Assembly (NCBI GenBank): GCA_964019425.1
Contig: OZ025790.1
Coordinates: 1 to 64,000, forward strand
Source: Flectonema sp. DT1601
Taxonomy: Eukaryota
DNA length: 64,000 nucleotides
Direction of reading: 5' to 3'
Part shown: positions 22,735-30,663 of the stretch, in pieces
Layout: each line of letters begins with the position of its first letter
Numbering within the stretch: the stretch's first letter is position 1
Program-made: the position numbers and the translations under genes
Notes under the pieces: model-generated
Database searches by the model: none
What the model saw: only the letters and a program-made list of their open reading frames with translations
What the model was told of the DNA's origin: nothing

Positions 22735-22810
22735 ACATAATCGACGTCTCTTTTATTTCTATAAGTCAATGTCTCTATTAGTTTTCTGACGATATCAAAT
22801 ATTTCTATCC

Positions 22811-23043
22811 GGGGGCGTCATAGTGCAGTGGATGGGGTGGTGCCCCCGCACCCAATCGGCCTCGGTTCGAACCCCGCTGTACGCACCGCGCCTCACAGCG
22901 CAATCAGTTTCCGTGTCGCATCCCCCATTGTCTCGAAAAAGTGAACGGCCACCCAGTAAGGGCAGCGCCTAAGCAATTATAGTAGTAACAAAAAGAAGGA
23001 GAAACACAGTAGTGAAACACTCAAAAAAAAAAAAAAAAAAAAA
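22811..23043 (+). mobile_element. tRNA-derived SINE, copy 2
   Basis: Near-identical to copy 1. TSD TCTATCC at 22804-22810 and 23044-23050. Confidence 0.9.
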
Positions 23044-23822
23044 TCTATCCCTGGTTTTTTTTTTTTTTTTTTGATACTGGATATGTTGTGATACAGAGAA
23101 GGTTAATTCTCTGTTCACTTGATATCCTGTTTATGAGCGGGGTAAGTTGACCCCAAAAGGTTCGTTCATAAATAGAAAGGAATACAAGAGAGAAACAGAA
23201 GACTGAGCTAGTTTAGTCTAATGTGCAGCAAGAGTTACGTAAAAATAAAATTAATCAGCATAATAGTTACAACAGCATGGTTTGACGGGTTACACGATTA
23301 ACCCTTATTCTTTGAGTTGTTGACATGTTTATAATCCTCATGTGAGTACATCTAATTTACTTTACGTCTTCATCTAAATAAGTGTTCTCCACATCTTAAA
23401 ACTGTCAGCCCTCCTTCCAGCAATCAGCTTTCCCTCTTGCTTAAGAAGTTTTTCGCATAATGGAAGTTAAGAAGAGCAAGATGAACAAAAGACTTAGTTA
23501 GATTTGTCTAATGTTAAGCAAGAGTTACGTAATAAATGTTATCAGCATAATTGTTATTATCAGCATAATTAAACAGCAAAATGACAGGCTTCTCAATGAA
23601 CCCTTCTTGTTCTCAAGGAGTAGGATGATCTCTTCTGTTCATTTAACTTACTGCAGTATCCTCATCATTTTCGTAACTACATAATCTTCATCTTTTAAAT
23701 GACATCAGAATCACCTTCTTCATACATCAGAATCCTCTTCATCATCTGTTCCCCTGTCTGCTTTCCTTCGGCACCACAAGGCATCTACCTTCACAAAAGA
23801 GTGGGGCAAAAGCATCGTTTCT

Positions 23823-26800
23823 TTATTTTCTTATGAGCCTCACCCTTTGGATAAGCCCTTTTCCCACTTCACATATATATTTCAACAGTATTTTCATACC
23901 ATCGAATTCATTCACGTGTCCTTCTAACTCTTGTTCCGATAGTATAAGAGATTCGAAGTTTGTTTTTCTTTCCTTATAGAATGCAGGGCATTCACATACA
24001 AAGTGTTGTACTGTGTCTTCGACTTCACAGCATTGACACAATCCATTTCTATATCTATTATCAGTTTGCTTTGTGGTAAAGCATGCCTTTCCCATCCTTA
24101 TTTGAGAGATCAATATTTCCATTTCCCTATTGAATTTCGGAGGAAATGATTCTTTCTTTCCTATTTTAACTTTTGTATGTAAGAATTTCATTTTCGTCGT
24201 TACAGTTTTGTAATCAACTTTGACTTTGTCTTGTTCCATATGTACTGCTTCAGCAGCAAGAGCATCTGCCCTTTCATTCCCTTCGATTCCACAATGTGAG
24301 AAAATATGAGATATATTAACTTTCAAACCCTGTTCACACAGTATTCCCAGGATAATCCAGCATTTAAGACCTAGCTCAGTCCTTTGGTAGCAATGACCTC
24401 TTTTTAGTTCAGATAAGGCACTCTGTGAGTCTGAGAGAACTAGAATTGCCTTGTCTTCCAACTCCCTATTTGGTTTTTTCTTTATTACTTTCAGTAAAGT
24501 ATTGAGAGCGTGGTATATTGCAAATAACTCCGATCTAAAAGAAGAGCATATTTTTCCTGCCGGGAATTTACCTTCCAGGAATTTCTCTTCAAAATTTATT
24601 ACAAATGATGCACCTCCAACTCCTTCACTTACAGAGCCGTCAGTATATATTGTCGCAAGTATGTTGTTTTCATATTTTTCTTCTAATTTTCTGATAAGTT
24701 CTTTACAGATATCTTGATTTCTATTCGTGTTTTCGCATTTTCTCGCACCAATATTTTCGTTAATTTCTATTTTATCAAAATCCTTCCAAGGAGGAAAGTA
24801 AGTTGGAGGATAAAGTTCTACTGGTAGGTCTGTGAGACCAATATCACTATACGTTTTGATTGCAAAACACAATGTTTGCATATGTTTATATTTTATTTTT
24901 CGTTTTTCCATCAATCTTTTGGTACAAGGAGAGGCACGCAGTCGTTCGATCTTTGCAGCCCATCTTGCTGTTTCAACAAGATAGTAGCTGTTCAGATCCG
25001 CTACGCAGGATTCTTCCAAGACCTTCTCAAATTTTGTTCCGTAGTCAGCACCAGTTATGATTTGAGCTGCTTTCATATGAAGAGTATTCAGTTTTCGCAT
25101 TAGTTTTCTGTTTCGTACAATGGTGCTGTACAAACTCTCGATAGCATAGGTAAATACAGGTATGATGTATATTAAGTAGACTAGCCTGATTATATTTTTA
25201 GTACAACCCCATCTTTTATCAGCCAGCATTTTTAGGAAGCGAAGTTTCTTGTTCACACTTTTACATATTTGAGATACATGATCAGAAAACGATAGATCAT
25301 TATCAATCTGGACACCTAAGAACCTCTCAGAATCAGTTTCTGTTAGGCACGTCTTATCTTTAAATTTAATTTTATATTGGCATTTCTTTTTCCGTGAGGT
25401 ACTCGAGTCAACAATCATTATTTTTGTTTTATCTCTCGCCAACTCAAGATTAATGTTGTTTAAGTGTTCTTCCGCTTTCGTAAATACAGTTTGAACTCTT
25501 TTTGACAGCCTACCAGCACAATTTTCGTCAGATACTACAAATGCAATATCATCTGCATAGAGTGACATGTTTGCTTTGTTCTCTATAATTTCGGTTATTT
25601 CATCAATGTAGAGTACAAATAATATACTCGCAAGGACTGTTCCCTGCGGGACTCCATTTGTGAGCTTAATGTACTTGCTTACTCTGCTGTTAATTATAGT
25701 CGCAGCTGTCCTTTTGTGCAGAAAGCTTTCGACCCACCTAATATAGTTTTCAGGTATCGACATCTTTCTCATTCTTTCTTGTAACTTGTGGTGGTTGACA
25801 GAATCAAAAGCTTTCTTTATATCCATAAAGACAACCGCCGAAGTTTTCCCTCTTATTCTATTCTCTTTGAGTATATCGATTAGGTACAGAATCTGTTCCC
25901 TACACGATCTCGTTTTACGATAAGCAGCTTGATTATGACTCAGGTTTTTAGCACCATTGTTATGTTTTTCTAAGTGATATACAAGTCTGTTCTTTATTAA
26001 TTTTTCGATAAGTTTAGCGATCGCAGGGGTGAGCGCTATCATTCTGTAAGATGCTGGATTGTGGGGGTCTTTTCCGGGTTTTGCAATCGGTACCCAATAA
26101 GTCTGTTTCCAGTCATTAGGTACTACCATGTTCAACCAAGAGTTATTTAGGATATCAACTAATGTTTTTTGCATTTTGGGTTTTAGATTTTGCAACAGGA
26201 TCGCATTCATTCCGTCAGGTGAAGATTTGGTACTATGTAGTTTTCCCAATTGTGTCATCACCTCAGAAAAAGTGAACGGAACTATGTCATCTTTAATATT
26301 CATGTTGAAGTTATGTCTGTACTTTTCATTTATATCTTTCCCTACTATAGTTGAGAAGAAATCAGTAAAGAAATCAGCTTTTTCCTTATCGTCGATTATT
26401 TTTTCCATATTTGGGTCGTGTATAAATGGTATTTCTACCCTTTCACACCGCCCGTCAAGTTTTCTCACATCATCCATGTACTTTAAAATGCCATCTTTGT
26501 TCGGAGATCCATCTTCCGTAACACATTCTTTCACTCTTTTTTCAATTTGTTGTTCCCTACATTCTTTTACTTTTTCACATATCTCTTCATTCAATTTCTT
26601 TAGTAGTGCTATATTTTCATCATTCAGGTCGCTGTCATCTGTAATTTCTTTTTGTTTAGCTTCAAATTGACGAAGCTGTTTCATTAGTTCGGAGTTCCAC
26701 CACTTCTTCGCTTTTCGCCTACGCACATAGATTCTAGGTACGTGTTTACTTTTTGCTTTTAATATTTCATTCTTAAAGACTTTTGCTTTCTTTTCATTGA

Positions 26801-27686
26801 TTTTAATATTTTGGATTCTCTCAGAGACTAATTCAAGGTCATCACTGAAGTTTGTCCAATCAGCTTCGGCCCAGTTGAAACCACATTTTTTCACTTTTTG
26901 GTAGTCAACATTTTTGCACGAGTTTTGTATTACAATCATCATTGGTGAGTGATCAGAGTTAACTGTTCCAAGGGTAGACCAGGATTTTATTCTCATATTT
27001 GTATTCGTTAGGGTTATGTCCGGAGAGGTCCTTGATTCCAACCTTGTTGGAATTGATGGCTCATTCCAACACACAAGATTGTTTTCACTAATCCACTCAG
27101 ATACGATTTCTCCGTTGATGTCGTCAATGGAATTCTCTTCCCACATATGGTTATGTGTATTAAAGTCTCCCATTATGACAACATCATTTTTCATATTATT
27201 TTTCAAGTCAATGCAATCTAGGCTAAGATTCGGGCACCTAGTATCTTTATATTGCAGGGGTGGACGATATATGTTATAGACAATTAGAGGTTCATCACAT
27301 TGTATTTCAACAGCTGATATTTCAAGTGAGTCACAATCACTTTGTGTGATCGCGATTTCTTTAAATTTATATGTATTATGAACATAGGTTAGTAGACCTC
27401 CTCCTCTTATAGGTTTACCTACTTGTGTTGGAAGTGTCCTATCTTTCCTATATGAGTTATAATCTTCAATTACGGGTGTTTTCTTATTTTTCGTTAAAAA
27501 TGTCTCTTGTATTAATAGCACGTCAGGTTCATAGTTAATAACAAGGAGACGTAGAAGTTCAATTGATGTTGTCATCGACCTCGTGTTTACTGATATTATT
27601 TTAAGGTCTGTATAGTTTCTTTCATTATTTGGTTCCGGGTTGGGATGGACATTACCACGTTGAACCAGCAAGTTGTCATTAATCAC
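23823..27686 (-). CDS. LINE-B ORF2: degenerate 2A-like motif, APE endonuclease, reverse transcriptase, RNase H, CCHC-like finger
   Basis: GNVHPNPEP; LIQET, GDFNTH, SPDIT, SDH (APE); KSSPDG, DIKKAFD, GVPQGTVL, YADD, FLGV (RT); YTDGS, SDSQS, HCGIEGNERADALA (RNase H); CQCC..H....C. There is no ATG at the N-terminus. Confidence 0.96.
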   Translation of the reverse strand: MINDNLLVQRGNVHPNPEPNNERNYTDLKIISVNTRSMTTSIELLRLLVINYEPDVLLIQETFLTKNKKTPVIEDYNSYRKDRTLPTQVGKPIRGGGLLTYVHNTYKFKEIAITQSDCDSLEISAVEIQCDEPLIVYNIYRPPLQYKDTRCPNLSLDCIDLKNNMKNDVVIMGDFNTHNHMWEENSIDDINGEIVSEWISENNLVCWNEPSIPTRLESRTSPDITLTNTNMRIKSWSTLGTVNSDHSPMMIVIQNSCKNVDYQKVKKCGFNWAEADWTNFSDDLELVSERIQNIKINEKKAKVFKNEILKAKSKHVPRIYVRRRKAKKWWNSELMKQLRQFEAKQKEITDDSDLNDENIALLKKLNEEICEKVKECREQQIEKRVKECVTEDGSPNKDGILKYMDDVRKLDGRCERVEIPFIHDPNMEKIIDDKEKADFFTDFFSTIVGKDINEKYRHNFNMNIKDDIVPFTFSEVMTQLGKLHSTKSSPDGMNAILLQNLKPKMQKTLVDILNNSWLNMVVPNDWKQTYWVPIAKPGKDPHNPASYRMIALTPAIAKLIEKLIKNRLVYHLEKHNNGAKNLSHNQAAYRKTRSCREQILYLIDILKENRIRGKTSAVVFMDIKKAFDSVNHHKLQERMRKMSIPENYIRWVESFLHKRTAATIINSRVSKYIKLTNGVPQGTVLASILFVLYIDEITEIIENKANMSLYADDIAFVVSDENCAGRLSKRVQTVFTKAEEHLNNINLELARDKTKIMIVDSSTSRKKKCQYKIKFKDKTCLTETDSERFLGVQIDNDLSFSDHVSQICKSVNKKLRFLKMLADKRWGCTKNIIRLVYLIYIIPVFTYAIESLYSTIVRNRKLMRKLNTLHMKAAQIITGADYGTKFEKVLEESCVADLNSYYLVETARWAAKIERLRASPCTKRLMEKRKIKYKHMQTLCFAIKTYSDIGLTDLPVELYPPTYFPPWKDFDKIEINENIGARKCENTNRNQDICKELIRKLEEKYENNILATIYTDGSVSEGVGGASFVINFEEKFLEGKFPAGKICSSFRSELFAIYHALNTLLKVIKKKPNRELEDKAILVLSDSQSALSELKRGHCYQRTELGLKCWIILGILCEQGLKVNISHIFSHCGIEGNERADALAAEAVHMEQDKVKVDYKTVTTKMKFLHTKVKIGKKESFPPKFNREMEILISQIRMGKACFTTKQTDNRYRNGLCQCCEVEDTVQHFVCECPAFYKERKTNFESLILSEQELEGHVNEFDGMKILLKYICEVGKGLIQRVRLIRK

Positions 27687-27758
27687 ATTTATGCTTTTCT
27701 CAACGTTGGTGTCTATTGGAGGGGACGGGTTGTTGTTTTTATGAGTATGGTCTGCATG

Positions 27759-28832
27759 TCAATCATATTCACCGTTTGACATGTCCACATCAGATCCACT
27801 GATCTCTGTCTGCCCTAATCCTGGCATTAGTATTTCTAGTTTTGTTTCAATTTGCATGAAACGTTTTTGGATTGCCTCAAAGTTTTTGTTTTGATTTGCA
27901 ACATTATTTTCTATTTTCGCAACACGAACGTTGCTTATTTCGACATTTTTTTCAATGTTCTCTATTTTATTGAAATACGTCTCATTCATCGACAATAATT
28001 TGTCAAGTTTACTCTCCATACCACTTTGTTGCACTTTTTCTTGTTTGTCTGATTCAGGCTTTGCCTGTGGTGCACCTTCAGCTGTATGGGTTATCAGCTT
28101 TGGTTTCGGCCTTTCGGTTCGGGAGCATGCAAGCTTCACCCCATGGTCTGGCCATTCCAACACCATTCTATTCTCTCCTCCCAGAAAGTCATCCTCTATT
28201 TTGAGGACCCACTTGCCATCAATTACTTTGATCGGCTTCACCACAATATCTTTTGTTGCGAAGTTCGCAATTATCTTGTCCACTGGGACTCCCTTGGGAA
28301 TACCCTCTACCGAGAAGTATCCTAGGGACTTCACCCCAATACTTTTTCGTACCTGTTCCCTACAGGCGTTCTCTACCCGTACTCCATAATTTCCCCTACA
28401 CAGGGCTATTCCATAAGTGCTCTTTACACTTTCCTGCGCTAATATGGACGTTTTTAGGTCCATTCTCCCCAGCCAGATCACACTTAAGATCTGGTTCATG
28501 GGGTGGTCTTTCCTTAGTCTGAAAAACAGCCCTCCTCTTCCGGAGGCACTTAAAAATAGTCTTAGATTTGGTTCTTCTATCTTGAGAAGAATCGAGAAGG
28601 TTTTAAATTCAGGAAGTTTATCGTTGATTTTTTGTGTACTTATGTCGGGACGATAGAGCCCTAATATTTTTTCACTGTAATTTATAGATGTTAAAATTCT
28701 TTGAAACGATGCTTTTACATCACAATTTTGTGTGTCGAAATCAGATACGCCTTTATATTCAGCTTCAGTTAAAGCCCTCACGGTGGTTTCAGCAATAACA
28801 ACGATTCCATCAGATACTTTCCAGTCAGCCAT
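27759..28832 (-). CDS. LINE-B ORF1 (357 aa, coiled-coil-like C-terminus, no recognisable zinc knuckle)
   Basis: The ATG is 16 nt after the SL remnant. It ends in TGA, in frame with ORF2. Confidence 0.88.
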   Translation of the reverse strand: MADWKVSDGIVVIAETTVRALTEAEYKGVSDFDTQNCDVKASFQRILTSINYSEKILGLYRPDISTQKINDKLPEFKTFSILLKIEEPNLRLFLSASGRGGLFFRLRKDHPMNQILSVIWLGRMDLKTSILAQESVKSTYGIALCRGNYGVRVENACREQVRKSIGVKSLGYFSVEGIPKGVPVDKIIANFATKDIVVKPIKVIDGKWVLKIEDDFLGGENRMVLEWPDHGVKLACSRTERPKPKLITHTAEGAPQAKPESDKQEKVQQSGMESKLDKLLSMNETYFNKIENIEKNVEISNVRVAKIENNVANQNKNFEAIQKRFMQIETKLEILMPGLGQTEISGSDVDMSNGEYD

Positions 28833-28848
28833 TTTGTGTTGTGTATGT

Positions 28849-28904
28849 CAATAAAGTACAGAAACTTCTGTACTTCTGTACTTCTGTACTTCTGTACTTT
28901 ATTG
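28849..28904. other. Back-to-back spliced-leader remnants: AGTTTCTGTACTTTATTG (-, 28849-28866) and (TTCTGTAC)4TTTATTG (+, 28866-28904)
   Basis: Matches the conserved 3' part of the kinetoplastid/diplonemid SL exon (recalled consensus CAGTTTCTGTACT[T/A]TATTG). Each remnant sits directly before an ORF1. Confidence 0.88.
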
Positions 28905-28962
28905 ATTTCGCAACCTAATATTGGTAAGAATCAGTGGGTACGTTTCACAGGAAAAAGCAATT

Positions 28963-30621
28963 ATGAGAGACAACCTGAAGAGGTTGGTATCGGAGGCAAT
29001 AAACCTCCTGAAGATAGTGGGAGAAGACGGGATCCCGGAGCAAGAGAAGGAAAGAAGGGTGGCAAATCTCCTAATGGAGATCGTTCAATTCGTAGCTGGG
29101 TCAGAAGGTGGGAACCCGGAGATGAAGAGGAGGACACCGGACACACTCGATGGGAGTGGTGGGACGGAAGCGACCGCGACGACGGCAGCAGAAGCGACGA
29201 TACCCTCAACTACAGGTGTCAACCAACCAACTACAGGAGCATCTACAGCTTCTAATCAACAAACGAGTACGAAGCCGTTCTCATTGCCGATACCGACAGC
29301 AATGAAGGACAATCAAACCACGAAGGGAAAGGCAAAAGCAAGCTACCCGGAGTGGCACATTCACGGTGCGTGGGCAGGCGCTGTGGCCACCATCAGTTAC
29401 GACGTAGCAGCTAATGCTACAAACAACCTTACCTCTGGTCTTGTTTTAGTTCGTTCGAAGCTAGACTTAGAAGCACTCCGCCAAACAAAGAAGAGCGGCC
29501 GTTGGGCTGCTATCAGCAAAATCCCGCTCACAAAGAGCACCGTTCCAGTAGCATTACCGGTGATAAAAAAGGGTGGCGTCTGCGAGATCAGGCGCGTATT
29601 TTACACGCACGTATTTGGTGACGACTTTTCTAAAGCAGCAACTAGCCACCAGATTCCAACTCCCAACCCAGTTCTATTCATCCAAGACTGGGGAAAATCA
29701 GCTGAGAAAGAATTGACCGTCAAAACGACCGATATTCTAAAGAAATTGAAGATAAAGGCGGACCCCTTTAGCTACAGAAAGAACGAGTCCCACACCTCGA
29801 TGGCTTTCAGAGTCCCCAGAAACCAAGTACACGAGGTTCTGGAATACAACAACAGCGAACCCGAAACTGACAAACCCAAGAATGTCTTTTTCAGAAACCC
29901 GAGTTGGTCGAACGGAAGTGACGTTTGGCCAACGTTGCAATTCAAAAACGACCTTGGCTTCCTGGCAGCGAAGTCCAAGACTTCTGCACTTGATGAATTC
30001 AAAGGAAAATTCTACATGTGCAGGTTTAAAAGCTGTTTTGGACTCCGAGTCCACCCTGACTGTAATATCAGGGTCAGCATTAAGCTCAACGCGGCAATCA
30101 AGCCTGCACTGCCCTCGGGCGACAGGTTTGTTATAAATTCGATGGCGATTCGTAAGTACTCGACAGCGCAGATCAGCGACTTCTTGAAGTCCTCACACAA
30201 CTGGGAACACACAGTTGTTGCTTCTTTCCATAAAGGAGGGAGTACTACAATTGTTGCAATAGCGAAATCTCAACCGCCCAACTTCGTAAGCATAGGTACT
30301 AATGAATACCTTGTGATAAACAAAGAAGTTAAACGAACTGACAGAAAACCGCTAGGCCCAACCTACAACCCAGGCGACGCGGCTCAAAAACTAACGGGAA
30401 CCCTGAAGAGACAAAAAACAACTCCTCAACCACAACAGCCAACTCAGCAGCCGACATCAGCACCAACACCAGCGCCAGCACCATCAGCACCAACACCAAC
30501 GCCAGCACCAGCAACAGCACAAACAACAACACCGCCCACCGAATCTGCTGCTAAGCAGGATAGTGATAAAAACCGTGACGTAGAAATGGAAAGTAACGAT
30601 TCGGACTTTGATCTCAACTGA
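28963..30621 (+). CDS. LINE-A ORF1 (first ATG 28963; Pro/Thr/Gln-rich C-terminal linker)
   Basis: Long ORF in the ORF1 position. It ends TGA-CTAG, in frame with ORF2. Confidence 0.88.
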   Translation: MRDNLKRLVSEAINLLKIVGEDGIPEQEKERRVANLLMEIVQFVAGSEGGNPEMKRRTPDTLDGSGGTEATATTAAEATIPSTTGVNQPTTGASTASNQQTSTKPFSLPIPTAMKDNQTTKGKAKASYPEWHIHGAWAGAVATISYDVAANATNNLTSGLVLVRSKLDLEALRQTKKSGRWAAISKIPLTKSTVPVALPVIKKGGVCEIRRVFYTHVFGDDFSKAATSHQIPTPNPVLFIQDWGKSAEKELTVKTTDILKKLKIKADPFSYRKNESHTSMAFRVPRNQVHEVLEYNNSEPETDKPKNVFFRNPSWSNGSDVWPTLQFKNDLGFLAAKSKTSALDEFKGKFYMCRFKSCFGLRVHPDCNIRVSIKLNAAIKPALPSGDRFVINSMAIRKYSTAQISDFLKSSHNWEHTVVASFHKGGSTTIVAIAKSQPPNFVSIGTNEYLVINKEVKRTDRKPLGPTYNPGDAAQKLTGTLKRQKTTPQPQQPTQQPTSAPTPAPAPSAPTPTPAPATAQTTTPPTESAAKQDSDKNRDVEMESNDSDFDLN

Positions 30622-30663
30622 CTAGATGACGATGAGGATGAACTCAATCCGACCAACTCACTT

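Larger units (their letters stand above)
20636..22756. repeat. About 1.4-kb block, copy 2, interrupted by a MITE
   Basis: Direct repeat of 16776-18195 with scattered SNPs and indels. Confidence 0.9.
23055..28866 (-). mobile_element. LINE-B, full-length two-ORF non-LTR retrotransposon (Ingi/I-group-like)
   Basis: SL remnant at the 5' end, ORF1, ORF2 (APE-RT-RNase H-Cys/His), about 750-nt 3' UTR, polyA (T-run 23055-23072). Confidence 0.93.
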
